Shown here: one piece after another, positions 27,101 to 36,200 of the stretch
How the letters are laid out: each line of letters opens with the position of its first letter
How positions within the stretch are numbered: position 1 is the first letter of the stretch
IMG/VR virus record: IMGVR_UViG_3300030376_004186
Location: 1 to 54,998 of that record
Strand: one strand, 5' to 3'
Source: a virus
Lineage: Duplodnaviria > Caudoviricetes
DNA: 54,998 nucleotides
The notes under the pieces: generated by a model
The model's input: the letters and a program-made list of their open reading frames with translations, nothing else
Told to the model about the DNA's origin: nothing
Databases searched by the model: none
Translations under genes and position numbers: made by a program

Positions 27101-28388
27101 TTTGATTTTCTTCTAGCTTAACATCGTTGTTAACTTTTCTAAAAACTCCTTTTTTATTATTGTTTTGTTCTAATATTAATCTTTCTAATTCTAAATCAAT
27201 TAATTTTTCCTTGTCTTTAGAGTCTGTAATATTTTTATCTATTTCTTTACCTATATTAGCTCTTCTTTGTTTGTTTTTTACTTGAGCTTCTAAGTTTTTA
27301 TTACCTACAATATTTATTCGTATGTTAGATATTTCTTCGTCCGTTAAATTTTTATCATTTAAAAAATCTACAACATCTTTTTCTGTTGCAAACGCATTGT
27401 TTATACTATATTCCGTAGGTGTTGCGGCAGCTGAAATTATATCAGCAACATTAACCACTCCTTTAGCTTCTAAAATACCTTCTAAAAATATTTCTTCACC
27501 TTTTATTTCTTGGCCAGCTGCTATTTGACCACCAAGTTCTCCAAGTGAACCACCGGTCATTTCTATAGGAGCTACAGCTAGTGGTATCCCTACTACTTTT
27601 TGTATTTTAGTTTTTGGTGTTTTCAATAATTTACCAGCTACACCTCTAGATAAACCAGCTGTAATACCTTCTACAGCAGCAATAGTTAAACCTCTAGCTA
27701 ATGATCTATTTTTAATTCTTGTTACAGTTTCCTCGTTGTTTAATATTTCTCGAATATTTTCTTTATTAAACTCTTTACCACCTAACTCGTCTTTTAAAAG
27801 CTCTGTTAGTGTTAATCCAGTTTCCATAGCACCAGTTAGAGATGAAAAACCAGCAATTAAAGCACCTCCACCAGTAGTAGCTGTACCAAGAGGACCAGCA
27901 GAAAAACCAGTAGCACCAAGCGCAGCTCCAGTTCCCATAGAAGCTAATGTAACAGCAGCTACATCATCTGAGTCAAAAAACGAACCTACCATTGTAGAAA
28001 GAGAAGTAACAATAGCTTGCGGCGCATAACCTGGATTTTCGGCTAAAGCTTTCATACCTCCAAAAAATCCTCCTCCATTTTCTTCAACAGCTTTTTGATA
28101 TAAAAACTGCTCATTAGTTGGGCCGTATTTATTCATGTTATTAACAGCGTTGATATAACGTTGTAATTCCTCGTCACTTGTAGAAGAACCTTTCTTATAA
28201 ATATCAAAAGCCTCATCAACAGACCCAGCAGTACTCCAACCTATATTCCAAGAAGTTAGTAAGTCTTCCCAAAAACCACCATCAATAGGTTCAGGTTGTT
28301 TGACAGCTTTTGTTGCACTACCTAAAGGTATTCCAAAAGCGTCTACTTCAGAAGTAGATAATGATGCAAATATTTTGTTATCACTCAT
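21126..28388 (-). CDS. Giant (2420 aa) putative ejected polyprotein: hydrophobic N-region, zincin HExxH, HAD phosphatase, two C-terminal C3H Zn fingers
   Basis: 'GGHEILHG'; 'ILDFDDTL...ILTAR...K...FADD'; two C-x9-C-x10-C-x2-H units; follows other internal-protein genes. Confidence 0.75.
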   Translation of the reverse strand: MSDNKIFASLSTSEVDAFGIPLGSATKAVKQPEPIDGGFWEDLLTSWNIGWSTAGSVDEAFDIYKKGSSTSDEELQRYINAVNNMNKYGPTNEQFLYQKAVEENGGGFFGGMKALAENPGYAPQAIVTSLSTMVGSFFDSDDVAAVTLASMGTGAALGATGFSAGPLGTATTGGGALIAGFSSLTGAMETGLTLTELLKDELGGKEFNKENIREILNNEETVTRIKNRSLARGLTIAAVEGITAGLSRGVAGKLLKTPKTKIQKVVGIPLAVAPIEMTGGSLGELGGQIAAGQEIKGEEIFLEGILEAKGVVNVADIISAAATPTEYSINNAFATEKDVVDFLNDKNLTDEEISNIRINIVGNKNLEAQVKNKQRRANIGKEIDKNITDSKDKEKLIDLELERLILEQNNNKKGVFRKVNNDVKLEENQKNIDDIISKYEGVDVVELQKQTKKSLEQFNISESIAFAETEGKRIGKDVIVVDNDNKAQEAYDKIIAEKGGKAKNVKGADGFIIGDSIVINKDIAGKTGQINVGGHEILHGILTKHLSNLDTDVKKKFINDFKNTISKKSRNYIEAEINRRNEGKDGEGLDINTTDEWLTIYSDGLTKGDLTFNEGIFTQLRNTLHNVFRAFGYNKEFESGIATYNFMKDYQKSIQAGKLSQRAVDVAEGEVTSEEVTTAEAKMSISKAVAAVNKMEKGAKTQAEFRAKEKVVGADGKSKILPSPFDNVFNSIVKEDGAINNYVKSLGLSKEKFQETIEAVYDRLINYDPAAKRKTDSGEPITVGEFLMANIGFGKLVAAKKLAIEAKREGKTKRIDAAKKTKEGETTFDIEDTDESAQEALEQEDMSISEASKARQEKIKSKEKQYSKFRQQLGIKTGSDLYNKVLSTAKKSLLRAYEVGTSVRNIQRKLRDEASVYLFKDIKNFLGTKEYINNLKKYRTFIVDAIFTADLVQLEKMVPENERVFTVFDRELTSKADVESAVEQNLLPKEAINVIDKGNAVRLYRKIIPTEKQFVAFFNQPAINPKTGVRSGLKGTRKDALAKAMAGSLSFDATMEVAKDPKVNELRKDIAEIKGQTLAIDDIQQLSAAIGRDVDVKFSRSTKEYNVLKNTIKLSNVLTDRQAKRKFLTVLDKKIKIEKDEYTKTILQELEYIFDLEVELRDTKLAEINFTDILDIDTIIKDVKDTNMPEIREMAHEGFVNYLNNTISKISGKNKQIDEINKFLKNVFRSTRSAGVFNITTNELLLNNVLNTLLEGNFNGNFKLKEVDKGFKMQFSYDGKTFKDVELYENIENIKNNARKNVDLVKKVNEQAQEARDFVFEILDSNLTKGEKISMIQLIAYDQRGAIRKIAKLGITLNEDSTLKSSELTLEHEITINDTVDILIDYINKNTTKENVENMFNKSFVHVLPKNIDNQITERGYKSKGGINRYDNILDILIKEEAKGIFTLTDNLRNRIKDLSTIDTVAKFSRSTNNPTKGISILDFDDTLATSSSLIRFTRPDGTEGTLTPEQYASTYQDLLGLDYKFDFSEFNKVVDGKPAPLLNKAKKLASKFGTKNMFILTARPAESAVAIQKFLKENGLNIPLENITGLGNSTSEAKALWVLDKAAEGYNDFYFADDAIQNVQAVQNMLDQIDVKSKVQQARVKFSKSMDKEFNDVLEDVSGIESNKRFSEAKARRRGKGKGKFRFFVPPSHEDFIGLLYNFMGRGEKGNQHRNFFEQALVRPLNRAYRELNAAKQAIANDYRALIKSMPDVRKKLGKKIPDGDFTNEDAIRVYLWDKFGLKIPGISKTDQKNLVEVVKSDPEMQEFADKLGRISKDEKGYVQPSDNWDAGGIKYDLIDATGRIGRAKFFQEFIENSEIIFSEKNLNKIEAIYGADFKSALKDMLYSVTKGTNRPTGKNKIVNAWIDWINGSVGATMFFNARSAILQQLSFVNFMNFADNNIFKAAARFANQKQFWSDFAMIFNSDYLKQRRTGAGFDVNANEIAREVSGSKEPVRAAIRYLLNIGFLPTQMGDSFAIAIGGASFLRNRINTYLKQGLSKKEAEAKAFIDFQEIAEATQQSARPDMISQQQASVLGRFILAFQNVTSQYVRIMKKSALDLKNRRISKGYTSQAQSDTANVSRIIYYGVVQSIVFYGLQTALFAMMFDDDEQDEEFFEKKRDRVINGTLDSILRGTGVYGAVVSTLKNTVIKFVENQKSDSWFKSPAWPELLQISPPISIKIRKLVSAERTTDWNKDVMKEMEIFDIDNPLWDAVTNSTEAITNIPLNRLHRKIQNLRGAADSENAWWQRIALSLGWNKWDVGIEDKEVEEVREKIKKEKKIKKKTKDKIKKEEKEKENLEKEKENKKKSKKDGICSAISGSGNRCKKEVEPGSSYCTIHTKVEKRKDGKKKQCKKIKSNKERCKMQTNSKSGYCYYHD

Positions 28389-28403
28389 ACTATATCTTAG
28401 TTT

Positions 28404-30656
28404 TTATTGAATTCCTCTTTTTTCTAATTCCGCGTTTAATTGCGAGGCTTTTTTCCATGTTAGAGGTACAAATCCAGTTACTTTACCTGTAAACAAATCA
28501 ACTTTAACACCATCCATTGATTCTAAAATATCTTTTAAATCTTTATCATTTATTGTGTTATTAATAATAGCCATTTTAAATGGACCTGTAAGATTGTCAG
28601 CTAAACCTCCAATGGCCTCAAGAAATCCTTCTTTTACCCGACCTGTATTTGAAAACTCTTGTTCCATTAAATCATCTCTAGGACCTTTTGATTTATCCAT
28701 GTATTCTTGGTTTACTTTTTTGAAAAAATCGTTTACTTCTTCTTTACTTACCCCGTAAATAGCAGCTAAACTCTCCGCAACATCTCCATCTGACAATGGT
28801 ACTGCTTGTGAATTATCAGTAAATTTTACTTTATAAGCGTTACTACCACCGTATCTAAGCGGGTCTATCATTAAAGTAGCAGCAGTATAAGTAACTCCTT
28901 CTCTAGAAAACGAAGGTAACTTTATGTTTACTGTTTCACCTGATATTAAACCTTCAGTTGATGATGTTGCAGTTGTAGTCTGTGCTAAATCTGTAATTTT
29001 TGTAGCTAAATCACTAAAATCTTTGTTAAAGTTACCGGAAGATGTTTTACCACTACCACTACCACTACCACTACCACTACTACCACTACCACTACTACTA
29101 GTTGTTGTCACATTACCCTGAACTTTAGCATCAATTTGTTTTCTATACCATTGTAAGTATTGTGATTGTAAAGTTTTAGATTCTCCTAATTCGTTAGAAT
29201 AACTATAAGTTACATCTCTAGATCTCATTATATCATATGCGTTAGCTATTTCTTCTTGGGTTAAATTTTCTACATCTTTAATACCAAACTCTTCAGGGTT
29301 GTTTTGTATAATTTGCTCTATAAAAGAATCTGTATTGGTACTTTTAAGTACATCGCCTTGCTCCGCTCCAAATCCGTCGAATATTAAAGATTTAATACCT
29401 TTTGGCCCAACTGAATTTATAGTACGAATAAGTGCGTTTACTTGAGATTCATATCCAGGTGTATTTACTGTGACACCGTCGCTTATAAGTTTTTGAATAA
29501 CGTTTTGTACTTCTATATCTTTTTTTATTCCAAGGTTATCTATTGTTGTTGGACCATCACCTATTTCGTTTAAATCTATTACTTTAGTCTCGCCGATACC
29601 AGTAGTTGTTTGGTATTTTTTCTTTTCTTCGTCTGTTAAGTTTTCGTCTAACCAAGCTTTTTCTAATTTATCTTTATTTTTTAAATACTTATCATAAGCA
29701 GCTTGAGATTTAGGACCCCACTCACCATCAGGATCAAGTTCATTACCGTCAGCATCAGTAAACCCACCTTCAATTAAAGCCTCTTGTAGAAACTTAATAT
29801 CCGTACCGTCTCCATATACCTTCTGTCCTTTTTTAAACGTGTATTGGTTTCCATCGTTATCTCTAGTATAAAAAGCTAATTTTCCTAATTTAGTATCTGT
29901 TTTTCCAAGCGCTTTATATTTATCATCTTGATAAGACCCACCTTTAAACTCATAACTGGTAGTACCTTTCGCGTCTGTCCAAACAAGTTTACCATCTTGT
30001 ATTTTTATATTTTGACCATTACTAGCATATATATCCTCCCACATTCTTCTTGTGGTTGCATCCATACCTCTACTCCATTGAGACTCATCTTCACGACCAT
30101 CTTGAGAGTTTCTTATTTCTAATAACTTTTCGTTAATTGCATCGAAAGCTACAATAGCATCTTGATTCTTTTCAATCCTCTTTTTTATCTCATCATATCT
30201 TTCATCGTTAATGTTTAAACGAGACAACATACGCATGTCTTCTTTAGTAGCTTGTGATATTCTTTTTATTTCATCTACAATAGGCATCGGATTACCACTT
30301 TGATGTCCAAATATAGTAGAGTCGTCAAATTCAGGTAACTTCTCTTTTAACAATGTAAATCTATTTTGAGCAGCGGCTTCTCTTTCTTGTATTAAAGTAA
30401 TTGTAGGACCAAATAAATTAGCTAAGTTTTTTTGCGTACGTAAAACAGCTGCTTCACCTTGTGATCTATATCTAGCCGCCATTTTATCATAAACATTACC
30501 ACTAGCAGGTTTTTCTAACGCTGATATTTGATCGTCAATTCCTGTGGTATCTATTGCTCTAGGTTTAATGCCACCCATTTTTACTCCAGCAATTTTATCT
30601 AAACTAAATTGATCTAACCCAGTTAGATTATCTTCTTTTTTATTATCTTCTGCCAT
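28404..30656 (-). CDS. Putative internal virion protein with a peptidoglycan-binding (PG_binding_1-like) domain
   Basis: 'DIKFLQEALIEGG...DPDGEWGPKSQAAY'; Ser/Gly linker. Confidence 0.6.
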   Translation of the reverse strand: MAEDNKKEDNLTGLDQFSLDKIAGVKMGGIKPRAIDTTGIDDQISALEKPASGNVYDKMAARYRSQGEAAVLRTQKNLANLFGPTITLIQEREAAAQNRFTLLKEKLPEFDDSTIFGHQSGNPMPIVDEIKRISQATKEDMRMLSRLNINDERYDEIKKRIEKNQDAIVAFDAINEKLLEIRNSQDGREDESQWSRGMDATTRRMWEDIYASNGQNIKIQDGKLVWTDAKGTTSYEFKGGSYQDDKYKALGKTDTKLGKLAFYTRDNDGNQYTFKKGQKVYGDGTDIKFLQEALIEGGFTDADGNELDPDGEWGPKSQAAYDKYLKNKDKLEKAWLDENLTDEEKKKYQTTTGIGETKVIDLNEIGDGPTTIDNLGIKKDIEVQNVIQKLISDGVTVNTPGYESQVNALIRTINSVGPKGIKSLIFDGFGAEQGDVLKSTNTDSFIEQIIQNNPEEFGIKDVENLTQEEIANAYDIMRSRDVTYSYSNELGESKTLQSQYLQWYRKQIDAKVQGNVTTTSSSGSGSSGSGSGSGSGKTSSGNFNKDFSDLATKITDLAQTTTATSSTEGLISGETVNIKLPSFSREGVTYTAATLMIDPLRYGGSNAYKVKFTDNSQAVPLSDGDVAESLAAIYGVSKEEVNDFFKKVNQEYMDKSKGPRDDLMEQEFSNTGRVKEGFLEAIGGLADNLTGPFKMAIINNTINDKDLKDILESMDGVKVDLFTGKVTGFVPLTWKKASQLNAELEKRGIQ
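29048..29100. repeat. (CTACCA)n / (CTA)n microsatellite encoding an SG linker
   Basis: taccactaccactaccactaccactaccactac... encodes SSSGSGSSGSGSGSGSG. Confidence 0.85.
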
Positions 30657-30666
30657 AATTTATATT

Positions 30667-31533
30667 TTAATAACTATAAGGAATTCCACCTGTTGGTCCA
30701 CTGTAACTTGGCGCATACGGAGACATACCGTAACTTGGGTTAGTACCAAACGCACCGCCAGACATATTAAACATGTCTGTCCCAAATTGACCTGATCTAG
30801 CGCCGCCCGGAGCGTACATTCCAGTAACACCACTTATAGCTTGACCCATACCGGCGGCAAATTGAGCTCTAGCTTGTCTTCTAGCTGCGTCCGCAGCGTT
30901 CATTCTATCTATACTTAAACCGTACAACATCTCTGTTCTTCTATCTTCCTTTGCTTTTTTCATCATCTCACCCTGCATTTTAGCTATATCTACTTGTGAT
31001 TCACCAGTTCTTTGTAGTTGATCTATTCTAGAAGATTCAGCCATAGCTCTTTGTTTATTAACTTGTTCTTGTTGTGCTATTTGAGCAGAAGCTTGTCTAG
31101 CTTGTCCGGTAGATATATTAGCCATTTGTTGCGCTAATCCAGCAACTCCAGCTCCTCCAGCAACACCTTTTAAATTAGCCATAACATTAGCTTGGGATTG
31201 TTGTTGTTGTTCTCTTAAATAATCTGCGGCTTGTGTGTTTACAGTGGCGTCTTCGTATACGTTTTCCATACCAGCGTACGGATTAGTTAATCCTAAGTAT
31301 GGATTTACAAACTCTATATCTTCAAAAGCTTTTTTAGCTGCCTCTAATTCTTTTCTAGCAGCAGCTTGTTCTCTTCTTCTTTTCTTTCTACCAAACATAC
31401 TACTAATAGCGCTTATAACACCTGGAGCAACAGTAGCTATCATTTGTGCTGTAGCAGGATCTTTCAACGGCGAAGGTTTTATTGAAGAAATTTTATTAAA
31501 AGGGGATTTATATCCCACCGGTAATTTTGCCAT
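30667..31533 (-). CDS. Putative ejection / pilot protein
   Basis: A/Q/G-rich helical protein with hydrophobic Gly-rich patches; first gene after promoter copy 2. Confidence 0.6.
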   Translation of the reverse strand: MAKLPVGYKSPFNKISSIKPSPLKDPATAQMIATVAPGVISAISSMFGRKKRRREQAAARKELEAAKKAFEDIEFVNPYLGLTNPYAGMENVYEDATVNTQAADYLREQQQQSQANVMANLKGVAGGAGVAGLAQQMANISTGQARQASAQIAQQEQVNKQRAMAESSRIDQLQRTGESQVDIAKMQGEMMKKAKEDRRTEMLYGLSIDRMNAADAARRQARAQFAAGMGQAISGVTGMYAPGGARSGQFGTDMFNMSGGAFGTNPSYGMSPYAPSYSGPTGGIPYSY

Positions 31534-31549
31534 ATTATTCTATTTTATC

Positions 31550-31564
31550 TATTTATAGTTACAC
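31550..31564 (-). promoter_or_regulatory. Putative phage late promoter, copy 2 (GTGTAACTATAAATA)
   Basis: Same consensus and spacing as 21097-21111. Confidence 0.55.
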
Positions 31565-31574
31565 TTTTTGTGTT

Positions 31575-31979
31575 TTATTTACTACTAACTGTTATTTCTG
31601 AGCCTACAGCGAATAATTCTTGCTTTACAGAAGAGTTATTTGTAAATTGTACTTCTGCGAAATATCCTTTTAAACTAGATACATTTGTATAGTTATTATG
31701 CTCAGGCTTTCTAAACATAAAGAAATCACCTGCTGTAGCACTACCAACACTAGAAACTTCTACATATTTTTTACCAATAGCGGTGATATCTCCTATTTCA
31801 GTTCTAGTACCAACAACAGGAGGTGTCCAAGTTCCACCAGCGTCAATACAAAGAAGTTCTGTATTGTTATTTGATGGACGTATACTACAAGTACCAGGTG
31901 TTATCGTGCAGTAATATAACTTGTCTCCAACCTGTACTGATTCGTTTATATTTTTATCAAAGGTTATTCTATCTGGCAT
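31575..31979 (-). CDS. Small tail-associated structural protein
   Basis: 'INESVQVGDKLYY...SSLKGYFAEVQF...ELFAVGSEI'; located in the tail block. Confidence 0.55.
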   Translation of the reverse strand: MPDRITFDKNINESVQVGDKLYYCTITPGTCSIRPSNNNTELLCIDAGGTWTPPVVGTRTEIGDITAIGKKYVEVSSVGSATAGDFFMFRKPEHNNYTNVSSLKGYFAEVQFTNNSSVKQELFAVGSEITVSSK

Positions 31980-31983
31980 AATT

Positions 31984-33279
31984 TTAAGAATTAGTTGCTA
32001 ATATAAAAGCTCTATCAATATCGTAAAATACATCTACACTATCTGTTGGGAAAACAGATACAGTCATAGTTCCCTCTATCAAAGCGTAAGCTGATGATCC
32101 ATAAACACGTAAAACCGTGTTATCTTTAATTGTTTGTGCTCCAGTAACAGTTATAGGTGTTCCAGAAGCGTGAACAGCTGTTATTAAATTTGCGTTACTA
32201 GAAGTTGTTACATTACTTCCAATTATTTTACTTCCAACAGAAACACCACTAATACCATCTATATCTATAGAAGTACCACTAACGTCACCGTTGACCGTAA
32301 TTGTTCCAAAGTTATTTGTTTTACTATTAGTAGATGTTACAGGAGTAACGGTTAAATCAAAACTAAACAACCCTCCAGTAGATTTAGATATTAAATCAGA
32401 TCCATAAGCTCTAAATACAACAGCCTTATCATCTCCCCAGCTAGGTGTTGTAGAAAGTGTAATTGTTTTTGCGCTTCTATCTATAGCTGTAATAGTAGGA
32501 TATGTTAAAACTCCCAGTGTTCCACTTTGTTCTTCATCTGAACTATCTGCTATGTCTACTAAACTCATACCAATAACTAAACCGTCTACACTATCTAAAA
32601 TCATACTATTAGAGTTTGTTCCAGTACCATCTGTTTGTCCTGTCACTTTAGTGAAAAAATCTCTATCTTTAGGTTGTAACGAATCTGCTAAACTATTTCT
32701 GTTATTAGTACTAGAAGGTAATGTATATTTATATCCAAGAAAAGGAGCGTCACTACTATCTGATATTGTTTTACTTATAGACATAACTCTTTTTGATGTA
32801 GACCCAGCAGAATCATCTACTTTCATCGCAACGCTATCGTTATCAGAAAAACTACCTATTCCTACGAACTGAGCATCAGCTTGATCTGAAGAAGTAGAAA
32901 ATCTAACTCCCACTTGTTTATGTTGTATTACTGACGTTGAAGTAAAATAACTATTAGAACTTATAGAATTAGATATTTCAGTTTCAAACTCAGGATATGC
33001 AAATAATAAAAAATCATAAGTTTTACCACCAGAATCAGCTGGAAGTACAACTGTTTTATTGAACGTACCTAAAATAGATATATTATTTAATACGTTTTCA
33101 GACGTAAAAGTATTAGTAAATGTATCTGTTGTAAAATTGTAAAATTTATTTGGAGATGAACTATCTTTTATCTGTAAACTAAACACAGCTCCATCGTCAC
33201 CTGCTACGTTTACCGTTACATTATTAATCTTAGAAGATATTTCTGTTTTATCAGTACTAAATCCTGTTATTGTTTTCAT
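31984..33279 (-). CDS. Beta-rich tail/structural protein
   Basis: 431 aa, S/T/D-rich, two similar modules (LDSVDGLVIGM / IDGISGVSVGS). Confidence 0.55.
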   Translation of the reverse strand: MKTITGFSTDKTEISSKINNVTVNVAGDDGAVFSLQIKDSSSPNKFYNFTTDTFTNTFTSENVLNNISILGTFNKTVVLPADSGGKTYDFLLFAYPEFETEISNSISSNSYFTSTSVIQHKQVGVRFSTSSDQADAQFVGIGSFSDNDSVAMKVDDSAGSTSKRVMSISKTISDSSDAPFLGYKYTLPSSTNNRNSLADSLQPKDRDFFTKVTGQTDGTGTNSNSMILDSVDGLVIGMSLVDIADSSDEEQSGTLGVLTYPTITAIDRSAKTITLSTTPSWGDDKAVVFRAYGSDLISKSTGGLFSFDLTVTPVTSTNSKTNNFGTITVNGDVSGTSIDIDGISGVSVGSKIIGSNVTTSSNANLITAVHASGTPITVTGAQTIKDNTVLRVYGSSAYALIEGTMTVSVFPTDSVDVFYDIDRAFILATNS

Positions 33280-36200
33280 TATATAGATGTTATATCGTTA
33301 GCAATTCCTATCCCCTGAAAATTAAAAGCCTGCGTATCTACCACGCTATCGTCACCACTAATGTAATTAAACCATTTTCCTTCTTTTTCAATAAAACTTG
33401 AAACAGTTCCACCTTGTTGATCTGTTTCAATACTATTACAAATCCAACTTTCGTCTCCATCGTAATTTAAAGTATTGTAGTTTTTAATAACAAGAGGAGA
33501 TTCATTTAATAAAAACGTTATATTAGAATTAGTAGAAGTACCATAAAAACTATTTCTCGTTGAATTATCATGGTGTTTATAACATTGTCCCGCGTTAAAA
33601 GTATAATAATCTCCAGACATACTAACACCTGACTCTTGTATAAATGACTTGAAACTAGTCCAACCTTTCACGTCTTCACTATAAGTAACCGTTTGACTAT
33701 GACCACTTGTATTTCCTTGTATACCGTAAGTAGTGTTGTCTCCTCTATCAAATGTTAAATTATAATCGTTTTTATAGGTATCATAACTACCAATAATATT
33801 TATGTGACTATCATCTTTAAATTCTTTTTTAAACCAATCACTCATACCAGCATCTGATATTGGTGTTAATCCATCCATAGATAATCTTAAAACAGCTCCT
33901 CTTTGTCTATCTGTAAAATAAGCTCTATAAGAATCTTTAGCAAATGATTCTGGGTTTTGTGATATACCATAATCACCAACAAAAGGATTTGCATCACCTA
34001 ATACAGCGTCAGAAGCTACTAACTGCGAGTTACCATCCGCGTTGTACAAGGCGTTTTTATTAGCTGTTATACTAACTACTCTATCTTCACAAAATGCAAC
34101 TAAACTTATTCTTCTTGAAAATAGTTTTTGTATACTACCGTATGTAGGGTTTAAATCTTTTGTAATCTTTTCAGCCATTATAAACTGGTTGAGATTATTG
34201 ATCCCACCAGTATCGTTATATATACCAGAATATATCAACCCACTTTTTCTGTTTTCTTCTTTATACTGCTCTTGTAAGGTTGATGAAGCTCTAGCTCCGT
34301 TACTTATAAATGGTTGGTTAAAGTCATCTCTAATTCTATTAGATTCAACTCCGTTACCAAAAGTAAAACAATTAAAATATGGCAATCCTATATTTTTGTT
34401 TAACGTTCTATTTAACGCTATTTTTGTTATTTTACCAGACACTATAGTTTCTATAGTGTGAATTCCAACTTCAACATAACTTAGATCTTTTCTGTAGAAT
34501 CTTAATGTAGAATCTTCAAACAACTGTGTTTGATCACTCGTGCTACTTTGTGAAGCAGATGTGGTTCCTCCAGAACCATCGTCTATATCATCAGTCAACG
34601 CAGTTAGTCCTGGATCTAATTCTACTACTCTTCCATCCCAACTTTTAACTACACAATCACCAAAGTTAGGTGTAGCAGTGTGTGAACCTGATTTGTCACA
34701 TCTAACAGCTGTTCCAACAGGTGCTATCATATGTCCTTTTCTATTGTCTGGATTAGCAACTTTAGTTGCGTCTGTAGATTCTAAATCTAACTTTAATGGT
34801 ATTGCGTCTGATGCTTCGTAGTAAATATCTAAATCTGTATTTTCTTTAGGTTCTGTTTCCCAAACAGCAGGGTCATCACTTAAAACGGTAGAATTTTCAG
34901 AAACATAATTTTTTATAAATTTTAAAAAACCTGGTGTTTGCGGTAAGTTACTAGCAGCACTCGCACTTAAATCATCGTTATTAGTTAACGAATAAAGAAT
35001 CCTTTGTATACCAGTGTTAGTTCCATCGTAACATTCGGTATTAGGATTTTTATCTAATTCTATTATAAAACAAACTCTTCTATTGTGAGGCGCTGCAAAA
35101 TCTCTAATAGCATCTAGATAATCGTTGAAATGAGCAGGTGTTCTATCGTTGGACCACTCGTGCCATTTTGCCCAAACAGAATTTCCTCGTGGAGCTATAG
35201 GATCGTCAAGTACATTTTCCTTGTTAGCACTGTCCCAAACGTAAGTTCTATTCCAAGCGGTGTGATTGTATAAATGTTTTTTAGTAACCTTTAATATTGT
35301 AAATATTGTTTCGTTTACATCGTATTCAAATTGAAACTTACTACCTATTACTAAGTTTTGAATAATCGCTTCGTTTTCAGGGTGATTATGCGTTATATCC
35401 CATTGTTTTTCGTAAATATTTGGATCTGGAGTATAATTTGGGTGTTGTATTGGATAGCTTGAAGTACTTCCACCACCACTAGTGCTATTTGAATCTGGAC
35501 CAGAGTGTCTATAATCATTTTTTTGTTGGTTATAATTATGTATATGCTGAAAGTCTATCCACTTTAAAGATTGTGTGCCGAGCCAATTAGAAGCAGAAGT
35601 ACTCTTCTGATGGAAATCAGTACTTGGAGCTAAATGTTCTCCAACGTGAGAAAAAGATAAGTGCATGTAGAATTCGCCACCTCCACTTCCTGTTTCTCCG
35701 TAAACGTCAGGATCTCCATGTTGACTATAAGTAGTTGCGCCACTTCTTACTTGTCCGTTAGCAAATTGCTTTAACCACATAAAATTTCCGGCGGCAGTAG
35801 AACAATATTGACCGTTAGTTTCGATAACACCCGTCATACCGTTTACACTATTATCAGAAGATTTTCGTAGCATACCAGAAACAGAAGCGTCATAAATATT
35901 AGCTCCTGAATCATGGTTTGTCCAACCACTAGTGTCAGACAATATAGTTGGTTGTTGTGCCATTGAAAGAGCAGAGTCTATAAACCATCCTCCACTTGTT
36001 TCTCCTTTATTAAAATGTAGGATTTCATCTCTCCATTCTTCGGGTCGATCAGAAAAATAATTTGTCCCGGCGTTTTCTGGGTTTAAACTATTATTAGCTT
36101 GTCTTGTGTTCGGGTTAGCGTACAATCCTTGAAACAATCCACTTCCAATCACGTTACTAGAGCTACTTCCATCGCTAGGCGCGATTCTATCACTAACATA

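Noticed and set aside
21126-28388. crAss-type virion RNA polymerase
   Set aside because: No DxDxD catalytic motif found; DFDDT comes with HAD motifs II-IV and is a phosphatase signature
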